NCBI GenBank assembly: GCA_963803435.1
Contig: CAWDML010000009.1
Location: 352,001 to 416,000 of the forward strand
Reading direction: 5' to 3'
Length of the DNA stretch: 64,000 nucleotides
Source of the DNA: an uncultured delta proteobacterium
Lineage (GTDB): Bacteria > Myxococcota > Kuafuiibacteriia > Kuafuiibacteriales > Kuafuiibacteriaceae
The notes below the pieces were generated by a model. That model had not been told where the DNA came from. It worked only from the letters and a program-made list of their open reading frames with translations, and searched no databases. This document shows positions 1-11,816 of the stretch, piece by piece. Positions within the stretch are counted from its first letter, which is position 1; each line of letters opens with the position of its first letter. A program made the position numbers and the translations under genes.

Positions 1-1233
1 GCGATCGGAGACGAGCTCCTCTCCGGAGAGACCGTCGACACCAACTCGAGCTACCTCGACGGTGTCCTGGCAGGCTGGGGCTGGACGGTGGTGCGGCACA
101 CCACCGTCGCCGACGAGCTCGACGACATCGCGGCGGCGTTCCGGGAGGCGGCCGCGCGGGCCGACCTGGTGGTGTCGACCGGCGGGCTCGGGCCCACCAA
201 GGACGATCTCACGCTCGAGGGTCTCTCCCGCGCCCTCGGCTGCGAGCTGGTCGAGCACGCGGAGACGCTGGAGCGGATCGGAAAGCTGTTCGCGGCCATG
301 GGACGCGAGATGACGCCGAACAACCGGCGCCAGGCGATGGTCCCGGCGATCGGCGAGGTGGTGGTCAACGAGTCGGGGACGGCGCCGGCGTTCTTCGCGG
401 AGCTCTCGAACGCGAAGATCTTCCTGATGCCGGGCGTGCCGCGCGAGGTGCGCTGGCTGGTGGAGAACCGGCTCCTCGATCGCGTGGGACGCGGGGCGCG
501 CGAGGCGACGCGGCGGACGATCAAGGTGATCGGCGTAGGCGAGAGCAAGCTCGAGGACATGATCAAGGAGGTGGTGACGGCGCACCTGGGCGTGCGCTTC
601 GGCTACCGGACGCAGGGGCTGGAGAACCACGTGAAGCTCCTGGCGGAGGGACCCGATCGGGAGGCGCTGCTCGACGCGGCCGAGGCGGAGCTCCACCGCG
701 TGCTCGAGGATCGGATCTTTGGCAGGGACGACGAGACGCTCGAGGAGGTGGTGGGCAAGACGCTGCGGCGGGCGCGCGCCACGGTGGCGACGGCCGAGTC
801 GTGCACCGGCGGGTGGATCGCGAAGATGCTCACGGACATCTCGGGATCGTCGGAGTACGTCCGCGGCGGCGTGGTGAGCTACTCGAACGACGCCAAGGTG
901 CGGCTGCTCGGCGTGCGCGAGGAGGACCTCGCGGAGCACGGCGCGGTCAGCGAAGAGGTCGTGCGGCAGATGGCCGCGGGCGTGCGGTCGCGGCTGGTCG
1001 CCGACTATGGGATCGGCGTGACCGGCGTGGCGGGGCCGACGGGCGGGACCGAGGCCAAGCCGGTGGGCACGGTCTGGATCGCGGTGGCCTCGGAGGCCGG
1101 CGTCGACACGCAGCTGTTGAAGCTGCCGGTGCGGAGCCGGGACTGGATCCGGGAGATGTCGGCCCGGGCGGCGCTCGGTCTGCTCCGTCGCAAGATCTTG
1201 GGGTCGGAGGCAAAAACGACCGCTACATCTTGA
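1..1233 (+). CDS. cinA: CinA family competence/damage-inducible protein (MoCF-like + PncC domains), 5' end outside window
   Basis: Frame open from base 1 (AIGDELLSGETVDTNS); GGLGPTKDD, PGVPRE and TAESCTGG motifs; directly upstream of recA. Confidence 0.95.
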   Translation, partial: AIGDELLSGETVDTNSSYLDGVLAGWGWTVVRHTTVADELDDIAAAFREAAARADLVVSTGGLGPTKDDLTLEGLSRALGCELVEHAETLERIGKLFAAMGREMTPNNRRQAMVPAIGEVVVNESGTAPAFFAELSNAKIFLMPGVPREVRWLVENRLLDRVGRGAREATRRTIKVIGVGESKLEDMIKEVVTAHLGVRFGYRTQGLENHVKLLAEGPDREALLDAAEAELHRVLEDRIFGRDDETLEEVVGKTLRRARATVATAESCTGGWIAKMLTDISGSSEYVRGGVVSYSNDAKVRLLGVREEDLAEHGAVSEEVVRQMAAGVRSRLVADYGIGVTGVAGPTGGTEAKPVGTVWIAVASEAGVDTQLLKLPVRSRDWIREMSARAALGLLRRKILGSEAKTTATS

Positions 1234-1239
1234 CTCATG

Positions 1240-1271
1240 TTGACGCTGACCACTGAACGGCTGTAGCGTTC
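1240..1271 (+). promoter_or_regulatory. Putative sigma-70 promoter of recA (TTGACG-N18-TAGCGT) overlapped by a GAACG-N7-CGTTC palindrome
   Basis: Near-consensus -35/-10 hexamers ending 7 nt before the recA ATG. Confidence 0.45.
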
Positions 1272-1276
1272 GGCCC

Positions 1277-2457
<1,181 letters not shown>

Positions 2458-2461
<4 letters not shown>

Positions 2462-3189
2462 CCCGATCGTTCCACGTCGCGCAGAAGGACGCGGTGGAAT
2501 GGCTGCGGATGATCGGCGATCAGTCGGTCGATCTGCTGGTGACGGATCCGCCCTACGAGTCGCTGGAGAAGCACCGGGCCATCGGCACCACCACGCGGCT
2601 GAAGAACGACTGGTTCCAGATCTTCCCCAACAGCCGCTTCCGGGAGCTCCTCCTGGAGGCGCACCGGGTGCTCAAGAAGAGCGCCCACCTCTATCTGTTC
2701 TGCGATCAGGAGACGATGTTCTTCGTGAAGCCGGTGGCCGAGGAGTGCGGCTTCAAGTTCTGGAAGCCGATCATCTGGCGCAAGGACACCATCGGGATGG
2801 GCTATCACTATCGATCGCTCTACGAGGTGATCCTGTTCCTGGAGAAGGGGAAGCGGAAGCTCAATGACCTGGGGATCCCGGACGTGCTGGACGCGCCGCG
2901 GGTGCGGAACGGGTACCCTGCGGAGAAGCCGCTGCAGCTGGGCAAACTCCTGGTCACGCAGAGCTCGTCGCCGGGGGAGGTGGTCGCGGATCCGTTCATG
3001 GGCTCGGGGACCTTCGGGGTCTCGGCCCTCGAGCAGGATCGGATCTTCTGGGGCACGGACATCTGCGGGGAGGCGGTGGGCATCACCACCGCGCGGCTCC
3101 TGGAGGTGGGCGGCGTCGCAGGGCAGCTCACCGGATCGCGGACGGGACCGGACGCCGTCGGCGGCCAGCTGAGCATCGGCCTCTACTGA
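2458..3189 (+). CDS. Orphan DNA N6-adenine/N4-cytosine methyltransferase, beta class
   Basis: DPPY catalytic motif precedes [11 protein letters not shown]-binding motif; GTGA overlap with recA stop. Confidence 0.9.
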
Positions 3190-3515
3190 CCGCGCACCGC
3201 CTGAATCAGCAGCGCGAGCGGTCCGACCCCGGCCTGACGCGCCACCACCAGCACGATCCCGCCGTGTCCTGCGATCAGGATCAGGAGCGCGACGCCCCCG
3301 CGGATCCACTTCGAGAGCGCCACCTCCGAGAGCGAGGTGTACGCGCGGACGCCGGCGTAGACCGGAAACAGCGAGGCGCTGAACCCGAGGCAGAGCCGGA
3401 AGAGCTGAGGGAGCTGGGCCAGCGCGCGGTTGACCGCGAGCAGGCTGGCGGCGGTGCCCGCCAGCGCGACCAACGCGCCGAAGAGCAGTCCGGGCGAGAG
3501 CACGCGGCGCGGCAT
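3183..3515 (-). CDS. Small hypothetical membrane protein
   Basis: 110 aa with about three hydrophobic segments; co-oriented with 3522-5069. Confidence 0.6.
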   Translation of the reverse strand: MPRRVLSPGLLFGALVALAGTAASLLAVNRALAQLPQLFRLCLGFSASLFPVYAGVRAYTSLSEVALSKWIRGGVALLILIAGHGGIVLVVARQAGVGPLALLIQAVRGQ

Positions 3516-3521
3516 GGGTCC

Positions 3522-5069
3522 TCAGAGCCGCCAATCGGTGAACGCGAAGATCGCCGGCGCCAGGCCGATGATCAGCCGTCCATTCGGATGCGCCTCGAGC
3601 GACGCGATGTGGGTGCCGTCCAGATCCTTGGGGAGGCAGATCCGCTCGACCGTCTCTCCGTCCGGGCTCATCCGGAACAGATCGGGCGACTCGGTGCCGA
3701 CCCAGACGCCGCCGTCGGGCGCGACGGTGACCGCGGTGAAGCGCTGAGGGCTCTCGGCGTCGACGCGCTCGTCGGCGAAGAGCGCCTCCTTCACCTGCGG
3801 GGGCTCGATCGCCTGGAGCCCGTCGCCGCCGGGCTGGAAGAGGAGGATCTGGGCCTTGCTCCCGGCGATCACGCCGAAGAGCCCGCGCTGATCCGCCCGG
3901 GCGAACGCCGCGAAGTTGGCGCAGAGCGGATCGCAGCCGGCGTTGAGCGCGGAGGAGAAGATCGGGTTCCAGGCGTCGGCGCCGCCGTGCCGGTAGACCG
4001 TGCCCGAGAGGTCGAACGCGAACAGATCGGCGCCGTCGCTCTCGAGGGCGCGGACGCCCAGCTTGGTACGGAAACGCCCGCGGAGGGTCCAGCTCCCGGG
4101 GCTGGCCGGCCGACACCAGATCCCGGCGCTCCGATCCGAGCCCTCGACCGAGCCGTAGGCACAGATCGAGGGGACGCCGTCGATCGTCAGGTGGCGCACG
4201 CCGTACAGGGCGCGGGGGAAGGCCTCGGCGATCGGCGGGGTGTCGTCCACCCAGCGGTTCTGGGCGGTGCTCCAGAAGGCGACGCCGCCGACCGAGCCGA
4301 AGCCGCCCTCCACGTTGAGCGTGAGCTCACCGGGCAGCACGCGGCCGCGGGCGGAGACCTCGGTGTCGCCGAGATCGAGCACGGTGGCCCGCTCGCCGCC
4401 CTGGACCGGCGCGGCCGTGCTGGTGAGGACGCCGAGGATCTCGGGGTCCTGATCGTTCGGCCCCAGGACGCCGATGATCGCGGTGCTGGTGGCCGAGAAG
4501 CCGATGACGGTCTCGCCGGTCGACAGCGTCCGCATCGTCGCCACCACCTCCGCCGGCGTTTGCGGCGTGTACACGGACACCGGCGAGACGGGATCCCGGC
4601 AGGGGTTCTGGATCGCGAAGCCGCCCAGCATCTGCTCCAGCCGCTCGACCCGATCGGCGAGGTACTCGGCCGGGACGCCGGCCTGTTCGACGGGCACCAG
4701 CCGGGCGGGGGCGCCGGGCGGGACCGGCTCCTCGAGGACGTGGGCCATGTGGAAGGCCGGGAGGGGGCGGGCCCGGGCGTCGGTGGCCGAGACGAACGCG
4801 AGCTGGTCCGGCGGGAGGGCGGTGGGAAAGTCCACGGGGTCGAGGCCCGCGAGCACCTCGTCGATGTTGCCGCCGCCGATCGGATCGGGGACCACGGCCT
4901 CGAGCTCGGCGGTGCGGGCCACGTGAACGCTGGAGGCGGCGACCCCGCGCCCCTCGGCGGCGGTCCCATACAGGACGAACTCGGTGGTCAGGGCGGGCGT
5001 CTCGATCCGGCTGTCCTCGCCGCCCGCGCAGGCGCTGACCAGGATCAGGGCGAGGGCGGACAATCGCAT
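3522..5069 (-). CDS. Hypothetical lipoprotein, possibly with a beta-propeller C-terminal part
   Basis: Signal peptide with lipobox-like VSAC; 515 aa. Confidence 0.7.
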   Translation of the reverse strand: MRLSALALILVSACAGGEDSRIETPALTTEFVLYGTAAEGRGVAASSVHVARTAELEAVVPDPIGGGNIDEVLAGLDPVDFPTALPPDQLAFVSATDARARPLPAFHMAHVLEEPVPPGAPARLVPVEQAGVPAEYLADRVERLEQMLGGFAIQNPCRDPVSPVSVYTPQTPAEVVATMRTLSTGETVIGFSATSTAIIGVLGPNDQDPEILGVLTSTAAPVQGGERATVLDLGDTEVSARGRVLPGELTLNVEGGFGSVGGVAFWSTAQNRWVDDTPPIAEAFPRALYGVRHLTIDGVPSICAYGSVEGSDRSAGIWCRPASPGSWTLRGRFRTKLGVRALESDGADLFAFDLSGTVYRHGGADAWNPIFSSALNAGCDPLCANFAAFARADQRGLFGVIAGSKAQILLFQPGGDGLQAIEPPQVKEALFADERVDAESPQRFTAVTVAPDGGVWVGTESPDLFRMSPDGETVERICLPKDLDGTHIASLEAHPNGRLIIGLAPAIFAFTDWRL

Positions 5070-5089
5070 GGGATCGAGGATAACCGACC

Positions 5090-5129
5090 AAAGAGAAACG
5101 GGAGACGCGAAGGCTCTCCGCGTCTCCCG
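5090..5129 (-). terminator. Rho-independent terminator-like hairpin
   Basis: CGGGAGACGCG-N9-CGCGTCTCCCG 11-bp stem with U-rich tail on the minus strand. Confidence 0.65.
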
Positions 5130-5215
5130 CTTTCCCCGACAGGTCGGCGCACGGACCTGGGACGGGACTTGGGGTTTTCAAATGTTTTGCGCGCCGACCG
5201 TCGAGACCTAGAAGA
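5090..5215 (-). ncRNA. Candidate small RNA: long hairpin with C-rich loop followed by an intrinsic terminator
   Basis: 5134-5152 pairs with 5189-5206; terminator stem 5099-5129 followed by TTTCTCTTT on the minus strand. Confidence 0.45.
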
Positions 5216-5371
5216 GCACGTTGCATACCAACCGGAGGCCCGATCGAGGCCCATTGATTTCGAGCCCTTAGCCGCGCCGTTCGGCTTCGCACGCGCGGGA
5301 CCGGGCGCTCGTCGATCAGACGCTAACGTCCGCGTCGTAACGCCGTCGTTCGCCCGAGCGCCGGAGCACCG

Positions 5372-6979
5372 ATGCCCGGAAAGAGGTGGAAACTTTACGG
5401 CTCGCCCACTACCGTCCCCGCCGTGAGCGCCGAGTCAGCGGACAACGCCGCGACGTTGAGGGTCCTCCTCGAGAAGGCCCAGGAGGGCGGGGGACCGTCC
5501 AAGATCGAGAAGCAGCACGGGCAGGGCAAGCTCACCGCCCGGGAGCGGATCGATCTGCTCCTCGATCCCGGCACGTTCCTCGAGATGGACGCGCTCCGCA
5601 CCCACCGCTGCCTCGACTTCGGGATGGAGGACAAGAAGATCCCCGGCGACGGCGTGGTCACGGGACACGGCAACATCGACGGCCGGCAGGTGTTCGTCTT
5701 CGCTCAGGACTTCACGGTCTTCGGCGGGTCGCTCTCGGAGGCCTACGCCCAGAAGATCTGCAAGGTCATGGACTTGGCCATGCGCGTGGGGGCGCCCGTG
5801 ATCGGCCTGAACGACTCGGGCGGCGCCCGCATCCAGGAGGGCGTGGTCTCGCTGGCCGGCTACGCGGACATCTTCCTCCGGAACACGCTGGCCTCGGGCG
5901 TGGTCCCGCAGATCAGCGCGATCCTCGGCCCGTGCGCCGGCGGCGCCGTGTACTCGCCGGCGATCACCGACTTCATCGTGATGACGAAGGAGACGAGCTT
6001 CATGTTCGTCACCGGCCCCGACGTGATCAAGACCGTCACCCACGAGGACGTCACCAAGGCCGAGCTCGGCGGCGCCGTCGCGCATAACCGAAAGAGCGGG
6101 GTCGCGCACTTCGCCGCGGACGACGAGCCGTCGGCGATGAACACGATCCGGGAGCTCCTCTCGTTCCTTCCCCAGAACAACGCCGAGGATCCGCCGCGCA
6201 TCGCGAACGACGACGATCCGAACCGTCGCGAGCCGGCGCTCGACACCCTGGTCCCGCCCCAGCCCGAGCGGCCGTACGACATCCGCGACGTCATCCGGGC
6301 CGCCATGGACGAGAAGTACTTCTTCGAGGTCCAGCGCGACTTCGCCGAGAACATCGTCATCGGCTTCGCGCGGCTCAACGGACGGTCGGTCGGGGTCGTC
6401 GGCAACAATCCGCTGGGCCTGGCCGGTGTCCTCGACATCAACGCCTCCACCAAGGCCGCCCGCTTCGTTCGCTTCTGCGACTGCTTCAACGTCCCGCTGA
6501 TCACCTTCGTGGACGTGCCCGGGTTCCTGCCGGGCAAGGATCAGGAGCACGGCGGGATCATCCGCCATGGCGCCAAGCTCCTGTTCGCCTACGCGGAGGC
6601 GACGGTCCCCAAGATCACGGTCATCACGCGCAAAGCCTACGGCGGCGCCTACGATGTCATGGCGTCCAAGCACATCCGCGCCGATCTCAACTTCGCGTTT
6701 CCGACCGCCGAGATCGCGGTCATGGGACCCGAGGGCGCGGTCAACATCATCTTCCGCGACGAGATCGCCAAGGCGGCGGATCCGGTGAAGCGCAAGGCCG
6801 AGCTGGTCGCCGACTATCGGGCCAAGTTCGCGAACCCCTTCAAGGCGGCCGAGCTCGGCTACATCGACGAGGTCATCTACCCGCGCGATCTTCGCCCCAA
6901 GCTGATCCGGGGGCTGGAGATGCTCAAGAACAAGCGGCAGACGAACCCGCCGAAGAAGCACGGCAACATCCCGCTGTGA
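5372..6979 (+). CDS. pccB: Acyl-CoA (propionyl/methylmalonyl-CoA) carboxylase carboxyltransferase beta subunit
   Basis: [36 protein letters not shown]; true start may be GTG 5423. Confidence 0.92.
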   Translation: MPGKRWKLYGSPTTVPAVSAESADNAATLRVLLEKAQEGGGPSKIEKQHGQGKLTARERIDLLLDPGTFLEMDALRTHRCLDFGMEDKKIPGDGVVTGHGNIDGRQVFVFAQDFTVFGGSLSEAYAQKICKVMDLAMRVGAPVIGLNDSGGARIQEGVVSLAGYADIFLRNTLASGVVPQISAILGPCAGGAVYSPAITDFIVMTKETSFMFVTGPDVIKTVTHEDVTKAELGGAVAHNRKSGVAHFAADDEPSAMNTIRELLSFLPQNNAEDPPRIANDDDPNRREPALDTLVPPQPERPYDIRDVIRAAMDEKYFFEVQRDFAENIVIGFARLNGRSVGVVGNNPLGLAGVLDINASTKAARFVRFCDCFNVPLITFVDVPGFLPGKDQEHGGIIRHGAKLLFAYAEATVPKITVITRKAYGGAYDVMASKHIRADLNFAFPTAEIAVMGPEGAVNIIFRDEIAKAADPVKRKAELVADYRAKFANPFKAAELGYIDEVIYPRDLRPKLIRGLEMLKNKRQTNPPKKHGNIPL

Positions 6980-6994
6980 TACATATTTGAAGCC

Positions 6995-8186
6995 TTGGTC
7001 GACCGACCCAAACGCAGGATCGCCTGGGGAACCGTCGGCTTCTCGGTCGTACTCCTCGGGGGCGGCCTCCTGTATCTGGTCCGGCCGGACCCGCCCATCG
7101 ACGTCGAGACCGTGCGCCTCGAGAAGGGGCCGGTCCGCGAGGTGGTCCCGTCGGCGGCCTCGGGCGAGGTGATCCCGGCGCGCCGCGTGACGGTGAGGGC
7201 GGAGATGGCCGGCACCGTCGAGAAGGTGGAGAAGCACGCCGGCGATCGGCTGAAGGCCGGCGACCTGGTGGTCTCCTTCGCCTCGGCGGAGATGGACGCC
7301 CGCCTGGCGCAGGCGCGCGCGAACCTCGACGCGACCCTGGTGACGGTCCAGATCGCGCGGACCCGCCTGGCCTCCATCGCGAAGGCACACGAGCGCGCGG
7401 TCAAGCTGGCGGCCCGCGGCGCGATCTCGGAGGTCGAGCTGGAGAAGAGCGAGACCGAGAGGACCGCCGCCGAGCAGTCAGTGGCGCAGGCGCAAGCCGC
7501 CGAGAAGCAGGCGAGGGCGGCGCTCGAGCTGGCGCGCGTGGCGCAGGATCGCACCCGCGTGACCGCGCCCTTCGACGGCGTGCTCCAGGACGTCTTCGCC
7601 GAGCTCGGCGTGCAGACCACGCCGGGCGCCGCGCTCTTCGATCTGATCGACGACAGCTCGGTGCGGGTCGAGGTCCCGGTCGACGAGGCCGACATCGATC
7701 GCATCGCGATGGGGCAGATCGTCTTCCTGCGCACCGGCGCCAACCGCGACACCGAGTATCGCGGCAAGGTGGTGCAGATCCCGCCGGCGGTGGGCCGGTC
7801 GTCGGGCGCCGCCATGCCAAGCCCGCTCCAGGAGCGCGAGCGCGCGTTCTACGTCGACGTGGCGCCCGAGGATCGGAGCCGCTTCTTCGTGGGCGCCAGC
7901 GTCGCCGCCGAGTTCCTGGTGAGCGAGCGCGACGACGTGCTCTTCGTGCCCACGCACCTGGTGGTGGGGACCGGCCTCGAGCGCGCGGTGTTCCGGGTGG
8001 AGAAGGGCAAGGCGAGGAAGGCCGAGTTCAAGCCCGGCCTCACCAGCTGGGACCGGACCGAGGTGCTCTTTGGGCTGGCGGCCGGCGATCGAGATCGTCA
8101 GCAGCCTCAACAAGCGCGGCCTCGAGGACGGTGTCCGGGTGAAGGTGAGCTCGAAGGAGGATGACGCGCGTGCGGCCGTCCACTGA
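6995..8186 (+). CDS. Efflux periplasmic adaptor (MacA/HlyD-like), probable +1 frameshift near 8090
   Basis: N-terminal TM, coiled-coil hairpin, APFDG motif; typical tail EIVSSLNKRGLEDGVRVKV continues in another frame to TGA 8184-8186. Confidence 0.85.
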
Positions 8187-8883
8187 GGAGCCCGTCATCC
8201 ACCTCGAGGACGCGACCCGCACCTACGCCCTGGGCGCCGAGCCCGTCCACGCCCTGAGAGGCGTCGACCTCGAAATCGCGCCGGGCGAGCTGGTCGCGAT
8301 CATCGGGCCCTCCGGCTCGGGCAAGTCGACGCTGATGAACGTGATCGGCTGCCTCGATACGCCGACCTCCGGCCGCTACCGGCTCGACGGCGTCGACGTG
8401 AAGGCGCTCGACGACAGCGCGCTCGCGGATCTGCGGAACAAGAAGATCGGCTTCGTGTTCCAGAGCTTCAACCTGCTGCCCCGTCAGATCGCGCTGGAGA
8501 ACGTGGCGCTGCCGCTGCGGTACGGCGGCTACAGCTTCCGCGAGCGGCGCGAAGCCAGCCGGCGGGCGCTCGAGCGCGTCGATCTCCTCGATCGCGTGGA
8601 CCACCGTCCCGAGCAGCTCTCCGGCGGACAGAAGCAGCGCGTCGCCATTGCGCGCGCGCTGGTGACGAACCCGGCGATCATCCTCGCCGACGAGCCCACC
8701 GGCTCGCTCGATCAGAAGACCGGGCGCGACATCCTCGAGCTGTTCCGGCGGCTGAACGAGGAGGAGCAGGTGACCGTGGTGATCGTGACGCACGATCCGC
8801 AGATCGCGGCCGCTACCCGGCGCATCATCACCATCGTCGACGGTCGCATCGTCAAGGACGAGCCGAACGAGCCGGGCGCATGA
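8161..8883 (+). CDS. ABC transporter ATP-binding protein (MacB/LolD-like)
   Basis: [28 protein letters not shown]. Confidence 0.95.
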   Translation: MTRVRPSTEEPVIHLEDATRTYALGAEPVHALRGVDLEIAPGELVAIIGPSGSGKSTLMNVIGCLDTPTSGRYRLDGVDVKALDDSALADLRNKKIGFVFQSFNLLPRQIALENVALPLRYGGYSFRERREASRRALERVDLLDRVDHRPEQLSGGQKQRVAIARALVTNPAIILADEPTGSLDQKTGRDILELFRRLNEEEQVTVVIVTHDPQIAAATRRIITIVDGRIVKDEPNEPGA

Positions 8884-10085
8884 ACCTGCTGGAGCACCTC
8901 GCGATCGCGCTCGACTCGATCCGGGCCAGCAAGGCCCGAACCTTCCTCACCACGCTCGGGGTGCTGATCGGCGTCTTCTCCGTGATCCTGCTGGTCGGGA
9001 TGGGCGACGCGGTGCGGAGCTATGTCCTCGACACCTTCGCCGGCGTCGGCTCCAACCTGCTGCAGATCAACCCGGGCCGGCAGACCACCAAGGGCATCCG
9101 GCCCAGCAAGATGCAGATCAAGAACAAGCTGACGCTCGCCGACGCCGACGCCCTGGAGAAGCGCGGCTTCGCGCTGGATGGTGTCTCCGCCATCGTGATC
9201 GGCAGCGGCGAGCTCAGGAGCTCGGACCTCCGCCGCAGCGTCATGGTGCTCGGCGTCAGCCAGGACTATCCGAGCCTCCGCAACATGCAGATCGACCGGG
9301 GCCGCTTTGTCGACCCGGAGGACGTCGAGCACCACCGCCGCTCGCTGGTGCTGGGACAGACCGTGGTCAAGGAGCTGTTCGGCGAGGGCGCCAATCCGCT
9401 CGGCGACACGATCTACGTCTCGGGCGCGCCCTTCCGCATCGTCGGGATCACCGCGCCCAAGGGGAAGACGTTCGGCTTCGACATGGACGACATCGCGTTC
9501 ATGTCGGTGACCGCGGCGCAGGACCTCTTCAACGTCGAGACCGTGAGTCACATCCTGGCGCGCGCCAAGGATCGCAAGACGGTTGAGCCGGCGATGGAGC
9601 AGATCCGGACGGTGCTCACGGCCCGGCGCGGCGACGAGGACTTCACCGTCTTCAGCCAGGACGACATGATGGAGATGGTCAACGACATCATGGGGACGCT
9701 GACGTTCTTCCTGGGCGCGATCGCGTCGATCTCGCTCTTGGTCGGCGGCATCGGGATCATGAACATCATGCTGGTCTCGGTGAAGGAGCGGACGCGCGAG
9801 ATCGGGATCCGACGCGCGGTCGGCGCCCGCTGGATGGACATCATGGTGCAGTTCCTGGTGGAGGCGGTGGTGGTCTCGCTGCTCGGCGGCGTCACCGGGA
9901 TCCTCCTCGGGTTCGTGGTCATCCGGATCGTGGCGCACTTTCAGCCCGAGCTGCCGGTGGAGCTGTCGGGATGGAACGTGGCGATGGCGCTGGGCTTCTC
10001 GGTGGTGGTCGGCATACTCTCCGGTGTGTTCCCGGCGGTGCGGGCCGCGGATCTCGATCCGGTCGAGGCTCTCCGCTACGAGTGA
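8880..10085 (+). CDS. ABC transporter permease (MacB/FtsX family)
   Basis: GGIGIMNIMLVSVKERTREIGIR; ends PVEALRYE. Confidence 0.95.
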   Translation: MNLLEHLAIALDSIRASKARTFLTTLGVLIGVFSVILLVGMGDAVRSYVLDTFAGVGSNLLQINPGRQTTKGIRPSKMQIKNKLTLADADALEKRGFALDGVSAIVIGSGELRSSDLRRSVMVLGVSQDYPSLRNMQIDRGRFVDPEDVEHHRRSLVLGQTVVKELFGEGANPLGDTIYVSGAPFRIVGITAPKGKTFGFDMDDIAFMSVTAAQDLFNVETVSHILARAKDRKTVEPAMEQIRTVLTARRGDEDFTVFSQDDMMEMVNDIMGTLTFFLGAIASISLLVGGIGIMNIMLVSVKERTREIGIRRAVGARWMDIMVQFLVEAVVVSLLGGVTGILLGFVVIRIVAHFQPELPVELSGWNVAMALGFSVVVGILSGVFPAVRAADLDPVEALRYE

Positions 10086-10823
10086 TCACTCGGCGCGGAC
10101 GACCCGCGCGTCGCTGCGGGCGCGTCCGGGCGCGGCCCGACAGAGGAACACGTCGCCGAGGACGCCGGTCATGGTCAGCGAGAAGCTGCCGTCGTCGCGG
10201 GCCACGATGATCATGAAGTCGGGATCGGCCCGCGCCACCGTGAAGCGCAGGATCTCCACGCCCACCGACGGCATGGTCGCGCCCGGGTCGCCCGCGATCT
10301 CGACGGTACCGTCCTCTTGAACGATCGCGTGGACCTTGGTGTCGTCCACCGGGTCGGGACGGCCCTCGTAGCGGGCGACGGCGAGGAACTGGCCCTGACG
10401 CACCTCCGGGTCCATCTCGGCCCGCAGGAAGCCGGTCAGGTGGTCGCCCACGCCATCGTCCTTCGGATAGCCGTCGTCGACCACGCCGGCGATCGAGATC
10501 GACTCGGTCCGGGTGGAGGTGAGCGCGCCGGTGGTGAGGTCGAACTGGAGCTGCGCCGTCTCGGCGTCGTACGTGCCGGCCAGCGGGATGGGGGTGGCGC
10601 CGATCCCGCGACGGGCCACCTCCCCGGCGGCCCGCCCGCCCGAGTCGCGCAGCCCCCGAAAGGTGGCGCCGAAGGTGTCGAGCGCGGTCGGGGTCAGGCC
10701 GTCGAAGTAGACGCGCACCACGCCGACGGCGTCGTATTCGGTGGCGAGCGCCAGGGGGCCGGTCGTCCCGCTCGGACCCCCGCAGGCGGACAGACCCGCC
10801 ACCAGGAGCACGAGCCCTCTCAT
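10086..10823 (-). CDS. Hypothetical lipoprotein
   Basis: MRGLVLLVAGLSAC lipobox; ATGA overlap with upstream gene. Confidence 0.7.
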   Translation of the reverse strand: MRGLVLLVAGLSACGGPSGTTGPLALATEYDAVGVVRVYFDGLTPTALDTFGATFRGLRDSGGRAAGEVARRGIGATPIPLAGTYDAETAQLQFDLTTGALTSTRTESISIAGVVDDGYPKDDGVGDHLTGFLRAEMDPEVRQGQFLAVARYEGRPDPVDDTKVHAIVQEDGTVEIAGDPGATMPSVGVEILRFTVARADPDFMIIVARDDGSFSLTMTGVLGDVFLCRAAPGRARSDARVVRAE

Positions 10824-11632
10824 GGGCTGCAGAACATGAAGGCGGGATCGGGCACCGTACCGGTGCAGCTGGCGGGCGCCGTGCAGTCGCCGTCGTTCAT
10901 GCAGTACTCCCGGCACGCCGTCGCCTGGGTGGCGTTGTCGATGATGCACGCGAGACCGCGCCCGCACGCCGTCCCCGGTCCGCACGGATCGCCGATGCCC
11001 GCGGCGCCGGCGATGCGACAGCGGAACTCCCAGGTCCCGGTCCGGCGCAGGAAGGGCTGGCAGGCCTCCGCTGCGACGCACGGCGCCTGGGTATAGGGAT
11101 CGCACAGCGGCGGCAGCATCGTGCAGGCGCCCCAGTTCGACTGCGTGACCATGGTCCGGCACTCGTACTCGGTGCCGAGGGGCTCGCACCCAACGTTCGT
11201 CGTGCGATTACAGGCGCGCCGGCAGTGGGCGGTCGTAGCCGTGGTGGCGTCGCGCAGGCAGACCAGACCCGCCTCGCAGTCCTGACCCGTGCAGCTGTCG
11301 CCGAAGGTCTTGTCGTTGGGAGACGGCGGGACGCACTCGGTGCCCGGATTGCCGCCCTCGATCACGCACTTCGTGTCGGGGTCGTTGTTGCACCCGGTCT
11401 GGTCCACCGGATCGCAGACATCGATGATCGTGACGCCGGTGTCCGGCGCATTGCCTGCGTCCCCTCCGACGCCGGTGTCCCCGGTGGCCGCGTCCGCCCC
11501 GGTCCCGGCGTCGTCGCCGCCCATGCCGCTGTCCGAGCCGGTACCGGTGTCGCCGTTGAGGGACGGCGGCGGTGCGGTGTTGCATGCGACCAAGGCGGCG
11601 TACAGGAGCAACCCGAGCGTGATGCGTCCCAT
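10820..11632 (-). CDS. Cys-rich secreted lipoprotein of myxobacterial type
   Basis: AGGAGG RBS, LVAC lipobox, DAG/DTG-rich linker, CDPxxQ repeats, many cysteines. Confidence 0.8.
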   Translation of the reverse strand: MGRITLGLLLYAALVACNTAPPPSLNGDTGTGSDSGMGGDDAGTGADAATGDTGVGGDAGNAPDTGVTIIDVCDPVDQTGCNNDPDTKCVIEGGNPGTECVPPSPNDKTFGDSCTGQDCEAGLVCLRDATTATTAHCRRACNRTTNVGCEPLGTEYECRTMVTQSNWGACTMLPPLCDPYTQAPCVAAEACQPFLRRTGTWEFRCRIAGAAGIGDPCGPGTACGRGLACIIDNATQATACREYCMNDGDCTAPASCTGTVPDPAFMFCSP

Positions 11633-11816
11633 CCCCTCCTCTATACAGAGGGGCGACGTTTCGGGCGAGAATGTCGGGCAAGCGAACAGCCAGCGGCGTC
11701 GGGTGCGAGGCCCGCGGGTCGCATACGGGCAAACAAGGGGTGAACCAGTGGTCAGAGGGCGATCACTCGGTCCGGGGAATTCGACGGGCTGAGGGCCTCC
11801 GGCGTACAGTGGCGGG

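Noticed and set aside
1253-1266. Myxococcus-type LexA box upstream of recA
   Set aside because: CTACAGCCGTTCAG on the minus strand resembles the consensus as I recall it, but the spacing is about 2 nt short; kept only as an unnamed palindrome
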